From positions 800,001 to 864,000 of the forward strand of contig OZ244561.1 in the NCBI GenBank assembly GCA_965217585.1: 64,000 bases of DNA, written 5' to 3'. Positions 49,651 to 59,744 of the stretch are shown in pieces. Source of the DNA: Candidatus Latescibacterota bacterium (GTDB lineage Bacteria; Latescibacterota; UBA2968; UBA8231). Within the stretch, counting starts at the first letter, position 1. Each line of letters begins with the position of its first letter. The translations under genes were made by a program, and so were the position numbers. Below the pieces are notes generated by a model. That model ran no database searches. It had not been told where the DNA came from and saw only the letters and a program-made list of their open reading frames with translations.

Positions 49651-50586
49651 ATGTCCAAAAACGCGCTATCGGCTGCTCTCGCCATAGTATTTCTCGGATT
49701 GACCAGTGCTGCATTTGCCCACCTACCCGACAAAGTCTTTGGTGCCTTTCAGTGGCCAACGAACCAACTGCCTACCCTAGACGGTGATATTTCCGAGTGG
49801 GAGGCCGCGGTCCCGGCAGAATTGTGGATTGATATCAACCGGGACCACACGGATACCGTGCTGGGCGGCAAGGCGGTCGACACGGCCGATCTGTTTTTTC
49901 GCTACGCAGTCGGCTGGAACGACGAGTTAGATCGAATCTACTTTGTCCACGACCGCTTCGACGACCTCTACGACCGCAGCGGGGACAAGGACGACACCAT
50001 TGAGATCGGCTGGGATGCGGACCACAGCGGGGGCAATTTCTGGCACGACAACGACGAGGTCCAGGAAGACCAGTGGCGCAAAATGGGCCAGCAGGCCCAG
50101 AGCGGCCACTTTGCCTGGCCGGCCCTCGGCACGGGAGAAGGTCAGAGCAGTTGGTTCTGGTTCTGGATGACCGACCTAGGTCCCGGGGTCCAGTGGCCCG
50201 ACGACGAGCCCTATGCCTGCTGCGCCGATTCTTTTACGCTCGAAGGTGGTCAGGACGCTGAAACGTCGCTCCAAGCCGAATGGTATGTGACGGGTTGGGA
50301 CGATTACAACTACAATGGGCCCGATCAAAGTGTTCAGCACGACTTTGTCGAAGGCGAAATCGTCGGTATTGGCTTTGCGGTCCACGACACCGACGAAGTC
50401 ACTGTGGACGACAATGGCGATGAAGTGCCTGCTTTCACCAAGTATGTGCTGGGCGGCGAGAATCTGATTTTCGGAGATGCCAGCTTCTTCAGCGACTTCC
50501 AACTGCTTCCGGTCTGTGCCGATTGCTTGCCAACTGCGGTGGAGAACGATTCCTGGGGCCGCGTCAAAGCCTCTTTTGCACCCTAG
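49651..50586 (+). CDS. Secreted acidic CBM9/DOMON-like protein with SWGRVK tail, paralog 1
   Basis: AGGAGG RBS, signal peptide, PTLDGDISEW, VGWNDE..IYF and DADHSGG motifs; ends PTAVENDSWGRVKASF. Confidence 0.7.
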   Translation: MSKNALSAALAIVFLGLTSAAFAHLPDKVFGAFQWPTNQLPTLDGDISEWEAAVPAELWIDINRDHTDTVLGGKAVDTADLFFRYAVGWNDELDRIYFVHDRFDDLYDRSGDKDDTIEIGWDADHSGGNFWHDNDEVQEDQWRKMGQQAQSGHFAWPALGTGEGQSSWFWFWMTDLGPGVQWPDDEPYACCADSFTLEGGQDAETSLQAEWYVTGWDDYNYNGPDQSVQHDFVEGEIVGIGFAVHDTDEVTVDDNGDEVPAFTKYVLGGENLIFGDASFFSDFQLLPVCADCLPTAVENDSWGRVKASFAP

Positions 50587-50615
50587 CTGATTGGCACCGA
50601 GTTCAATAAAATAAA

Positions 50616-50657
50616 AAGGAGGGTGGATCGCTCAAGCGATCCACCCTCCTTACTTTT
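50616..50657 (+). terminator. Intrinsic terminator
   Basis: aaggagggtggatcgc-tcaa-gcgatccaccctcctt stem followed by acttttt. Confidence 0.85.
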
Positions 50658-50682
50658 TATCGATAATTACAGGGTCTGAACC

Positions 50683-52632
50683 ATGCTGCAGCCTATTTCA
50701 TCCTTTTTTTTGCTCGCGCTTTACTGTCTGCTCTGCTCGGACTTTTTCACTGGGCGGCCGGCGGCAGCACTGACGATTTACCGCATCGGCGGTGAGCAGT
50801 TGCCGGCACCGGTGCTGGATGCCCCATTCGATTTTGTCCAGCTATCGTGGCGAGAAGTTGATGCAAGCCGGCACGGCAGCACCCATCAACTCGCAGTACT
50901 GCCCGAGCACATCGCCCCCCAGCGCCTGGATCCCAATATAAATCTCACGTCCCAACTCGCAGCGATCGGGGGCAAAATCCAGCACCTGAATTGGGCTGGC
51001 TGGCAGAAGCCCACCGACGAAGACGCGCTGATCTTTGATGCGGATACGTCCACGGCCTATTTGGGGGACGGCCGTTTTTCCCGCTCAGTCGGCGATCCGC
51101 CCCAGAAGAATTGGCTCTTCGACTTTGGTGGCGATTTCTTTATCGAGCGGATCCGCTTTTTTCCGCGCCAGCGCTTTTTGAGCGACCGCTTTATCGAACA
51201 CTTCATCATCGGCATCAGAGACTCGGATCCGCTCAAGGAAGGCTCGCGGGCATTCGTCGTGGGTCAGGTCAGGGTCGGCAGCCGACCGCTGGATTTTGAC
51301 ATCGTCTACAATATAGATGAAAACAGCGCGCCGGTGCTTGATCTGGAACTGCCGCCGGTGCCCATCTCCCAGCTCCTTTTCCACGGCTTCAAGAACAACC
51401 GTGGAATCTGGGAAATCGCCGAATTTCAAATCTTTGGATCCGGCTTTGCTCCCTCCGCCAGCTATGTGTCCAACGTCATCGAACTGGGCGGAGTAGCCAG
51501 CCTAGGTACCCTATCTTGGTCAGGGCAGCAGGATCTAGGTGCCCGCATCGAGCTACGAATGCGCAGCGGCGATGACGACGATCCCAACACCTATTGGCGT
51601 TTTACCTTCAACGGCGACACCCAGAGCCGCTTCGACAACGGCGGCAAGCCGCTGGACCGGCAGAGCCACCGGCGGCTGGAATCGGGCGAGCGGGCGGGCA
51701 TTACCCACGATACCGAGCACTGGCAGTTCTGGTCGCCACCTTTCGCTTGGGCCTCCGGTTCCAGCCCTATGGCCGGTTCCAAATCGAGGCAGTTTGTCCA
51801 ATTTAAGGTCGATATCTCCTCGACGAAGGAGGCGTCGGGGCGGCTAGACTACTTGCAGTTCTCCGCCTCTACTCCGCCCGTAGCCAGGGAAGCGTTGGGC
51901 GAGATCGTCCCCATTGCAACGACGCCTGGGACCGTCACCTCTTTTACCTACAAACTAAAACCCCGTCTGGACCAGGCCGATCTGGGGTTTGATACCATAG
52001 CCATCGATACGCCCGTGCAACCAGTGGGTGTGGATTCGGTGCGCATCAGCGGTCAAAGCGTTGCGTTTGACCTAGCGCGAATAGACGAGAGGGGGTTTGC
52101 CGTGCGCATTCCACGCATCGATTTTCAGCGCACCCAAGAGTTGATTGAGGTCGTCTTTCGGGCTGAAATTTTTGAGTTTGCCACCATCTTCTCGGGCCGT
52201 CTTTTCGACAGCCAGCGCCCCCACGAAGTGCCGCATACCGTGTCGCCAGGCGATGCGGATGAGCGGGTGGACAGTGACGACTTGCAAGTGGACCTCGAGC
52301 ATCTAGAACAGCAGGCTCTGCGCTCCCTGCGGCTGATCCCAGCAACCTGCACCCCCAATGGAGACGGCATCAACGACATCGTGCATATCGAATACGAGCT
52401 GTTAAATCTGACCGAGGCGGTGGCAGTGCAGGTCTTGCTCTACGACCTGTCGGGCCGCTCTTTGGGTCCGCTATACCGGGGCGAGGCGGCCAGTGGTCGT
52501 TTTAGCACCACTTGGACGGGTCGAGACCAGAATGGCGCGCTCCTAGCTCCCGGGCTTTATATCCTGCGCCTGAAAGTGGATGCGGATAAAGGCGAGGAGA
52601 GCCGTGGTCGCGTGGTCTCTTTGCTATACTGA
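50683..52632 (+). CDS. Large exported protein with C-terminal TPNGDG (CHU_C/FlgD-like) domain, paralog 2
   Basis: Signal peptide; WEIAEFQIFGSGF, WQFWSPPF and CTPNGDGIND..YDLSGR..WTGRD..PGLY motifs. Confidence 0.78.
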   Translation: MLQPISSFFLLALYCLLCSDFFTGRPAAALTIYRIGGEQLPAPVLDAPFDFVQLSWREVDASRHGSTHQLAVLPEHIAPQRLDPNINLTSQLAAIGGKIQHLNWAGWQKPTDEDALIFDADTSTAYLGDGRFSRSVGDPPQKNWLFDFGGDFFIERIRFFPRQRFLSDRFIEHFIIGIRDSDPLKEGSRAFVVGQVRVGSRPLDFDIVYNIDENSAPVLDLELPPVPISQLLFHGFKNNRGIWEIAEFQIFGSGFAPSASYVSNVIELGGVASLGTLSWSGQQDLGARIELRMRSGDDDDPNTYWRFTFNGDTQSRFDNGGKPLDRQSHRRLESGERAGITHDTEHWQFWSPPFAWASGSSPMAGSKSRQFVQFKVDISSTKEASGRLDYLQFSASTPPVAREALGEIVPIATTPGTVTSFTYKLKPRLDQADLGFDTIAIDTPVQPVGVDSVRISGQSVAFDLARIDERGFAVRIPRIDFQRTQELIEVVFRAEIFEFATIFSGRLFDSQRPHEVPHTVSPGDADERVDSDDLQVDLEHLEQQALRSLRLIPATCTPNGDGINDIVHIEYELLNLTEAVAVQVLLYDLSGRSLGPLYRGEAASGRFSTTWTGRDQNGALLAPGLYILRLKVDADKGEESRGRVVSLLY

Positions 52633-52675
52633 AGATTGACTGGCAAGTCTTGGTCTTAACCGGGGGCGATCATCT

Positions 52676-55222
52676 ATGAGGTGGATCTATCTGGCAGCTA
52701 CCGTCTTTGGCCTGATCGGCGCCGGAGCGGTTGGAGCACAGACCGAGGGCTACCGCCTCACCGACGACCGGATCATCGTCGACACCCGTCAGTCCTGGCA
52801 AAACTGGCAATTTCCTCAGGGCACATTGGAGCTTGCAGCAGACGGCCAGGTACGGCCCCGGCGCTTGCGGCGCAACATCAACGCCGGGCTCGATATCGTG
52901 GATTTTTTGCGGCGCTATCCACCGCGGTCCGCCAAAGGCAAATCCCCTGAGGAAATCACCTTATTGGACGCCATTCAGGCTGGTTCCAACCGCGAGCAAG
53001 TGGTACATGTGCTGGATGGGGATCATAGCACGTACTGGGAGCCGACCCCGATTGACCAGGAGGCAGATCTAGCTTCTCTGTGGTGGTTTGCAGTAGATCT
53101 TGGCCGCCTGACTTTCATTGAGAAGATCGTGCTTAAATTTGCCGACGAAGGCCAGGGCGACCCCTTCCTGCTCTTCGACGTTCTCGTTTCGAACGGACTG
53201 GCCTCGTCGCGGCTGTCCGGCAATCAGACTCCCCAATTCAAGAGCGTCCTGCGGACCTTAAAACCCAATAAGAGCCAGCGACTTTTCGCAATCGACTTCC
53301 GCGATATTGTGGAGGTGGGTGGCGAAGGAGCTCGCCTAGTCAAGGTGGTCATAACCGGCAGCGACTTGGAACGAGGTCAGGAGATCGACCCCGCAGCATA
53401 CGAGCGCCTAGCGGAGGCTGACCGGGGAGCGATCGACTACTTCAAGCGCCAGCCCGATGGGCGGGAGGCCGTGGTCAAGCAGACGCTCTACGAGCAACTG
53501 GAGCCGGAGCGCCAAGGTCCTGTGCGCTACTACCGCCGGGAGCGCCCCCGTCTGGCCGAATTAGAGGTGTGGACTGAAGGCGACGAAATCGCCGGAGATG
53601 CCATCGCCCGCGGTGGCTTTATAAGCTCCAACCGCAATCTCAATGTGGCCTCCTTCCTCGACAGCGATCTAAGCACCTTTTCCTTTTTGCAGTTCGACGA
53701 TCTGGACATGGAGATCGTCTCCGACCTAGGGGGCCATTTCTGGATCGATACCCACCGGCAATTTTACCATATCGGCGGGAGCGCCGCTTCCTCCAGCTTT
53801 CCCAGTTACAAGCTGGATTTTTCGGACGGTAGTCGCGCTCCGGACGGCAGCCTGAGATGGCGCAATGCGGTGGAGCGGGAACAGATCCCAATTTTCGACG
53901 CCCAAGTGGAGGGCAATGAATTTGCACTGCTCAAGGCCCGATTTTTCCGCTTCCAGTGGACTGCAACCGGCGGTGCCGCGGTGTTGGCCGAACTCCAGTT
54001 CTACGGGCGCGGCTATCAACCCGAAGTTTATTTGCAGTCGGACCTGGTCCGGCTGGGAGGACGCCGCAATCTGCTCTCTATTGACTGGGAGGCAGATAGT
54101 CCCCCGGGGACTCAGGTGCTAATTCAGACCCGCACCGGCAATGAACTGGGGCAAGTCCTCCACTATTTTGACAAAGGCGGCAACGAGGTCACCGAAGCGG
54201 AGTACCGGGATATGCTCTCCTTTTCTAGGGGCGATAGTATTCCAGAGGCCGTGCCGGGCAGCGATTGGAGCGACTGGAGCGAACCTTATGCCGACCCTAC
54301 CGGCAGTCCCATACTCTCCCCTTCACCGCGCGAGTTCCTCAAGATCCGAGCCACGCTGCTGTCGGACAATCCGGATACCAGCGCCGCGCTCAGGGCCATC
54401 CATATCGACTTCGCCAAGCCTCTGGTCCAAAGTATAGTGGGCGAGGTCTTCCCCGCCCAAGTCGATTCGCTGGGCGTAGAACGCCGCTTTTCACTCTATA
54501 TCCGGCCCCAATTTGCCGCTGGCGACATCGGCTTTGACGAGTTGCTGCTGAGAGCTTCAGCCGACATGCAGCTACAATTTTCTGGGCTCTACGGAGGGCA
54601 GGCCAACGATTTTGCCGCAGAATCACAGCTAGAGGGCGTTGTCCGCCTGCCTAGCCGCCAGGACAGCCTGCATCTAAAATTTTCGGGCATCGACCCCTCA
54701 GATGAGATCGAGTTGCTGCGGCTCGATTTTACTACCGCCCTCTTTTCTACCGGAACGATCCTGCGGGCGGCCCTGCGCCACAGCACCTCCGGCGGAGAGG
54801 GCTGGCAACGAGTAGATCCAGGCGATGCCCTAGCCTCGGTTGCCAGTAATACGACCACGCTGCTGGGCACGGCGCAGAGCAAGGCCCTGCTAATAGACGT
54901 AGAGGTGCATCCGCCCGTGTTCACACCCAATGGAGACGGGATCAACGATAGTGCAGACCTAGTCTTTAAGGTCGTCCGTCTCAGCGACGACAGTCCCGTC
55001 GAGTTGAGCATCTACGATCTGAGTGGCCGGCGCATCCGCCACCTAGTCGAAAGGCGATCCCTGAGCACGGGCCAGTACCGCATGAGTTGGGACGGCCGGG
55101 ATGATACCGGCGCGAAAGTGGCACCAGGTATCTATTGCGGGCGTTTGCGCATCGACGCGGAACTTGCGGGAGCCGGGGTCACAGACCGGGAAGTACTGCG
55201 AACTATTGCCGTGACCTATTGA
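52676..55222 (+). CDS. Large exported protein with discoidin-like domains and C-terminal FTPNGDG domain, paralog 3
   Basis: Signal peptide; LDGDHSTYW, VDLGR, WSDWSEPY..SPSPREF and FTPNGDGIND..YDLSGR..WDGRD..PGIY motifs. Confidence 0.78.
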   Translation: MRWIYLAATVFGLIGAGAVGAQTEGYRLTDDRIIVDTRQSWQNWQFPQGTLELAADGQVRPRRLRRNINAGLDIVDFLRRYPPRSAKGKSPEEITLLDAIQAGSNREQVVHVLDGDHSTYWEPTPIDQEADLASLWWFAVDLGRLTFIEKIVLKFADEGQGDPFLLFDVLVSNGLASSRLSGNQTPQFKSVLRTLKPNKSQRLFAIDFRDIVEVGGEGARLVKVVITGSDLERGQEIDPAAYERLAEADRGAIDYFKRQPDGREAVVKQTLYEQLEPERQGPVRYYRRERPRLAELEVWTEGDEIAGDAIARGGFISSNRNLNVASFLDSDLSTFSFLQFDDLDMEIVSDLGGHFWIDTHRQFYHIGGSAASSSFPSYKLDFSDGSRAPDGSLRWRNAVEREQIPIFDAQVEGNEFALLKARFFRFQWTATGGAAVLAELQFYGRGYQPEVYLQSDLVRLGGRRNLLSIDWEADSPPGTQVLIQTRTGNELGQVLHYFDKGGNEVTEAEYRDMLSFSRGDSIPEAVPGSDWSDWSEPYADPTGSPILSPSPREFLKIRATLLSDNPDTSAALRAIHIDFAKPLVQSIVGEVFPAQVDSLGVERRFSLYIRPQFAAGDIGFDELLLRASADMQLQFSGLYGGQANDFAAESQLEGVVRLPSRQDSLHLKFSGIDPSDEIELLRLDFTTALFSTGTILRAALRHSTSGGEGWQRVDPGDALASVASNTTTLLGTAQSKALLIDVEVHPPVFTPNGDGINDSADLVFKVVRLSDDSPVELSIYDLSGRRIRHLVERRSLSTGQYRMSWDGRDDTGAKVAPGIYCGRLRIDAELAGAGVTDREVLRTIAVTY

Positions 55223-55293
55223 TGGCCAATATTGCACCTTGGGATTCGCTTTTTTAATCCTCAGCAAAGATAAATTTCCACGAAAGGTATTCT

Positions 55294-57108
55294 ATGCTAG
55301 AAAAGCTCAAAATGAGCTACCGTGGCCCCAGAGAGTTTGTCGTGACCCCGCGCGAAAAACAGTCGCTGCACCTAGGTCTGGAATGTCCCCAAGGCCTGCC
55401 CGCCGGAACCGAAATTCGCGCTACAATCCGCAATTTTCGCGCTTTCGGCGATATGGACTGGATCCTAGAGGGCATAGAAGTGGCAGAGGGACGCGGCCGT
55501 CTGGTAGTGGGACATGGTCCACCGCGCACCTGGGATGAGATGATGCGGGGAGCGGGGACGCCCGGTGGAGGCGGGCTGATAGGGGGCGAACACAATCAGC
55601 TCCACCTATGCACTGCTGTGGTGGCAGAGGCACTGGGCGAAAACGCGCAGGTTATGGTGCATCTCCAAGCCACTCCTACGACCTACGCCGGGCTCGACGC
55701 CGGGCTCGAATTGCGGGTCCGCCCACAGGGAGCTAACGCCTTCTCGAACATAGGAGCACCCGTCCAGATACGCAGTATCCCCGGAAGCCCATCTCGTCTA
55801 GAAGTGCGGACCACCTCGATGGCCGACGATTCGGGCAGCATACGCGTTGTGTTATTCGCCACCGACGCTTTGGCCAATCCGGTCCCTACCTATCGGGGCA
55901 AGTTGGCGCTGAAATCAACCGGGCACGTCGAAGGCCTTCCCGCCGAGGTAGTCATCGGCGAACAAGACGAAGGCCGCTGCGAACTCGAAAATCTGCGGGT
56001 CTCCCCCGGAATCCCGGTGCGCTTCGAAGCGCTCGATAGCCAGCTCGGGCTCGCAGCGACCAGCTCGGCGGTTGTGGACCAATTCTCTGAAAAGCGGCAC
56101 TTCTTTGGCGCCATCCACTTTCACACGGACCTTTCACTGGATGGCGGTCGGCAACTGAGCGAGGCCTACGCTTATGCCCGGGACTATTTAAACCTCGATG
56201 TGGTCGCGGCGACAGACCACGCACCCCTAGGCCAGGCCTGGGAAGAAACGCTCAGAGTCAATCAAAGCTTTTACCAGCCGGGCCGCTTTGTCACTCTGCC
56301 GGCTTGGGAGAGTTCCAATATTCTGGGACACGCCAATATCTATTTGCGTTCTCCCGACGTCGATGCCGGTCCCGGCTACTGGCAGCCCGAACTCAATCCA
56401 TCCGCAATACCCTGGCCCGAAGACGCCGTAGTGGTGCCGCACCACACGAATATCGCGGGAGGACAATACTGGTCCCATTACCACTGGTCGACGCCTAATG
56501 AACGCGTCCGGCTCGTCGAGGTCGTGCAAGGACGGGGCAACTTTGAAGCCGATGAGCTGGATGAGGCCTGGGGCATAATCAATGGCGGACACAAAGCCTC
56601 TGTGCAGAATGCACTGTCAATGGGGTGGCGACTGGGCTTTGTGGGCGGCACGGATAATCACCACGGTTTTCCGACGCAAATGGGCGGCAAATATATCGGG
56701 CTAACCTGTTTCCTAGCTAGCGAACTGACCCGCGATGCCGTCTGGCAGGCCATGGACCAGCGCTCTACGTACGCCACTTCGGGCGTGCCTATTCTGTGTC
56801 AGTTTTCCGTGAATGGCAATTCGCTGGGAAGCGCCGCTTGCCTAGGAAAAGACGAAGAAGTGTTCTTTGACGCCTCCCTGCACGGCACGGCTCCCATTGA
56901 GGTGGTTGAGATCATTTCCAATGGTCAATGCGTTTGGCGCGCCACGCCCGGAGAGTGGGATGTCGAGCTAAATGCAGTCTCTTTGCCCGCTCCAGCAGGC
57001 AGAGAAGCCTACTATTACCTGCGTCTGCGCCAGGTGGATGGGCACAAGGCTTGGCTGAGCCCGGTGTGGCTCGAGCGCAAAGGATCACCTACGCAGATAC
57101 GACCTTGA
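55294..57108 (+). CDS. PHP-fold metallohydrolase (DUF3604 / CehA-McbA-like)
   Basis: GAIHFHT, ATDH, GHANI, PHH, GFVGGTDNHHG and YATSG motifs; C-terminal YYYLRLRQ..AWLSPVW. Confidence 0.75.
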   Translation: MLEKLKMSYRGPREFVVTPREKQSLHLGLECPQGLPAGTEIRATIRNFRAFGDMDWILEGIEVAEGRGRLVVGHGPPRTWDEMMRGAGTPGGGGLIGGEHNQLHLCTAVVAEALGENAQVMVHLQATPTTYAGLDAGLELRVRPQGANAFSNIGAPVQIRSIPGSPSRLEVRTTSMADDSGSIRVVLFATDALANPVPTYRGKLALKSTGHVEGLPAEVVIGEQDEGRCELENLRVSPGIPVRFEALDSQLGLAATSSAVVDQFSEKRHFFGAIHFHTDLSLDGGRQLSEAYAYARDYLNLDVVAATDHAPLGQAWEETLRVNQSFYQPGRFVTLPAWESSNILGHANIYLRSPDVDAGPGYWQPELNPSAIPWPEDAVVVPHHTNIAGGQYWSHYHWSTPNERVRLVEVVQGRGNFEADELDEAWGIINGGHKASVQNALSMGWRLGFVGGTDNHHGFPTQMGGKYIGLTCFLASELTRDAVWQAMDQRSTYATSGVPILCQFSVNGNSLGSAACLGKDEEVFFDASLHGTAPIEVVEIISNGQCVWRATPGEWDVELNAVSLPAPAGREAYYYLRLRQVDGHKAWLSPVWLERKGSPTQIRP

Positions 57109-57616
57109 TATACGCTCCGTTTCTATAGAGTCTCTCCAGGGTCTTTTTCCCGGTTGGGTCAAATTCGATCCACTTCCCGCTTCCCATAGAAAAAGTGCCT
57201 TCCCCTCTTAGTTGTTCGTTCTCGTCCACATAAATCCACTTCCCGTTAAATCGCCCATTTTTATAGTTTATCTCTTCTTTTACTTTTCCATTTCTGTAAT
57301 ACTCGACCCATCTTCCCTCGCTTTTATCATCCTTAAAGCGGCCCTCGTAGCGCAGCTCACCGCTAGCGAAATATCCGACCCATTTACCATGTTTTTGCCC
57401 GTTTTTGTATTCCCCTTTGTATTCTACCCCACCATCGGCGTGGTAGGCGATCCATTGTCCGTCCTTATGGCCGTTGTCGTATGTGCCTTCTTTGCATATC
57501 TTGCCGCTTTCGTAATACTCAATCCTCTTTCCGTGCAGTTTTCCATCTTTGTAGCTGGCTCGGCTTTTTATTTTTTCACTCGGATAGTGGTCTAGGCGAT
57601 ATTCATCTTCCTCCAT
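57089..57616 (-). CDS. MORN-variant repeat protein (YwqK-like)
   Basis: Repeats of G-x-Y-K-N/D-G-x-x-H/D-G-x-W-x-x-Y; GGAGG RBS before MEEDE; visibly more AT-rich than its neighbours. Confidence 0.8.
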   Translation of the reverse strand: MEEDEYRLDHYPSEKIKSRASYKDGKLHGKRIEYYESGKICKEGTYDNGHKDGQWIAYHADGGVEYKGEYKNGQKHGKWVGYFASGELRYEGRFKDDKSEGRWVEYYRNGKVKEEINYKNGRFNGKWIYVDENEQLRGEGTFSMGSGKWIEFDPTGKKTLERLYRNGAYIKVVSA

Positions 57617-57795
57617 GAGTTCAGCTCCTCCTTGCCAAATCGAAAAATAGCCCGCGTCGGGAAATGGGCCAGCGATCGAGAGCGAATATATAAGTCTCAT
57701 TGTCCGTTGCCAAAACAAGGACACCTGGGAAGCTATTAGTGATCATCGACGCTCATACCCAATACTGTCCAACCTCTAGCCGGTCCACCTCACCC

Positions 57796-59736
57796 ATGCC
57801 ACCTGAACCCGTTAAATCCCCGTTCACCTTCAAAGGCATCGTTGTCGGGGCCCTCTTCTCACTGATAGTCAGCCTCTGCGCGCCCTTTGTTGTCTTTATG
57901 CTTCAGGCCTCCTCCGTGGGTATCAACAGTTCGTCGCCCGGTGCCATCTTTTTCTTTTTTGTGCTCACCCTCTTCGTCAACCTCGTCCTCGGGCTGATTA
58001 AGCGTCAGTTTGCCCTAGGCCGGGCCGACCTCATCCTCGTTTACTCCATGCTGCTGATGGCGGTAACCCTGCCGACCTACAATTTCCTTAACTATCTGAT
58101 CGGCATGATTTCCTCCCCCTACTACATGGCCTCGCCGGAGAACAATTTCGCCGAAGTTTATCTACCTCATATCCCTGACTGGATGGTACCCCAAGATGAA
58201 AAGGCCGTTTTTGCACTCTACGAGGGATTGCCAAGCGGCCAATCCATACCCTGGGCCGCGTGGATCGAACCCCTGTCGCACTGGTTTGCTTTCTTTTTAT
58301 GCTTGAGCTTTATGATGATATGTATGGCCACTATTTTACATCGTCAGTGGTCGGTCCACGAGCGTCTTAGTTATCCTATGACGCAGCTGCCCCTGCAGAT
58401 GATCGAAGGCACGAGTCCGGGGCAGGTGGCACCCTTTTTTTTTAAAAAACTGATGTGGCTCGGCTTTGCCGTGCCTTTCATTCTATTCAGTTTTTCGGGG
58501 TTAAACCACTACCTGCCGATCGTGCCCGAATTTCCCTTTTACATCGCCTGGATTCACTGGTTTCGCGATATCAACACCTGGGGAGAAGGCCTGGCGCTCA
58601 GTTACGCCTGGCTCGGGTTTTTCTATCTGGTCGATTTGAATATTTCCCTCAGCATTTGGTTCTTTTTTTTAATAGGCAAGCTCCAAGACGGACTCTTCCG
58701 CACCTTGGGCATTCACAGCACCGAGCAGCTGAGTCAGTACGAGTACTCCCAGTTGGCAGATCTGACCCATCAGGCCGTGGGCGCTACCATAGTCTTTGTA
58801 CTCTTTGGCTTGTGGACGGCCAGGCACCACTTGCGGGATGTGGTAGCCACGGCCTGGCGGCCGGCCAGTGGCGTCGACGACAGCGAGGAGCTGATGTCCT
58901 ACCGCCTGGCTTTTTTTGGTCTGATCGCCAGTTTGCTCTTTGTCTGTTTCTGGCTGTGGCGCTCGGGGCTTCCCCCCGTCGTCATTCCCGTTTTTCTCTT
59001 TATTTGCCTGATCTACTACATTCTCATCACCCGGGTCGTCTCGGCCGGTGGTGTGCCCACGGCTCGGCCCCCGCTAGTGGCACCTTATTTCATCATCTCG
59101 GGACTAGGCACTTCGATTCTGGGCGCCAAAGGCATGGTAGCCCTGTGCTTCACTATGGTGTGGCAGGCGGAAATGCGCCTCTTTCCCATGCTCGCCTGCG
59201 CCAACGCGCTCAAGCTGGCCGAATCGGTCCGCGGCTCGAAGAGGCGCCTTTTGCTGGGCCTGCTACTGGCTCTGGTGTGCAGTATGGTCGGCGGGACGGC
59301 GATGAATTTGCATCTGGGGTACACCTATGGCGGCATTAACCTAGGGTCCTATGCCGGCTTTGGCGGCAACTGGGACCTGTGGTTGTCGCTGATGCACAAT
59401 CCCCGGGGGATGGATGTGCGCGGTTGGGTCTTCACCGGCCTCGGCGGTGTCTTCGAGGCTTTTCTGATGGTCGCCCAGAAGCGCTGGTACTGGTGGCCGT
59501 TCCACCCTTTGGGTTTTCCTTTGGCCATTGGCTGGCTCACCAGCGAGATATGGTTTGCCGCCCTGCTCGCCTGGCTGTGCAAATTGACGATTCTGCACTT
59601 TGGCGGTCCCAAGATCTACCGCATTTTAAAGCCCTTTTTCTTGGGCTTGATCTTAGGCGAAGTCTCCGTCGCCGCTTTCTGGGCCGTCATCGATACGTTG
59701 CTGGGCGGGAGCGGCAATGTCATAACCTACATGTGA
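57796..59736 (+). CDS. DUF6785/DUF6784-like membrane protein, paralog 3
   Basis: YYMASPENNF, HRQWSVHERLSYPM, WWPFHPLGF and KPFFLGLI motifs; closest to paralog 2. Confidence 0.75.
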   Translation: MPPEPVKSPFTFKGIVVGALFSLIVSLCAPFVVFMLQASSVGINSSSPGAIFFFFVLTLFVNLVLGLIKRQFALGRADLILVYSMLLMAVTLPTYNFLNYLIGMISSPYYMASPENNFAEVYLPHIPDWMVPQDEKAVFALYEGLPSGQSIPWAAWIEPLSHWFAFFLCLSFMMICMATILHRQWSVHERLSYPMTQLPLQMIEGTSPGQVAPFFFKKLMWLGFAVPFILFSFSGLNHYLPIVPEFPFYIAWIHWFRDINTWGEGLALSYAWLGFFYLVDLNISLSIWFFFLIGKLQDGLFRTLGIHSTEQLSQYEYSQLADLTHQAVGATIVFVLFGLWTARHHLRDVVATAWRPASGVDDSEELMSYRLAFFGLIASLLFVCFWLWRSGLPPVVIPVFLFICLIYYILITRVVSAGGVPTARPPLVAPYFIISGLGTSILGAKGMVALCFTMVWQAEMRLFPMLACANALKLAESVRGSKRRLLLGLLLALVCSMVGGTAMNLHLGYTYGGINLGSYAGFGGNWDLWLSLMHNPRGMDVRGWVFTGLGGVFEAFLMVAQKRWYWWPFHPLGFPLAIGWLTSEIWFAALLAWLCKLTILHFGGPKIYRILKPFFLGLILGEVSVAAFWAVIDTLLGGSGNVITYM

Positions 59737-59744
59737 GAAGAGAT

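Noticed and set aside
57089-57616. Toxin-antitoxin module
   Set aside because: Only generic MORN-variant repeats are present, with no adjacent toxin gene.
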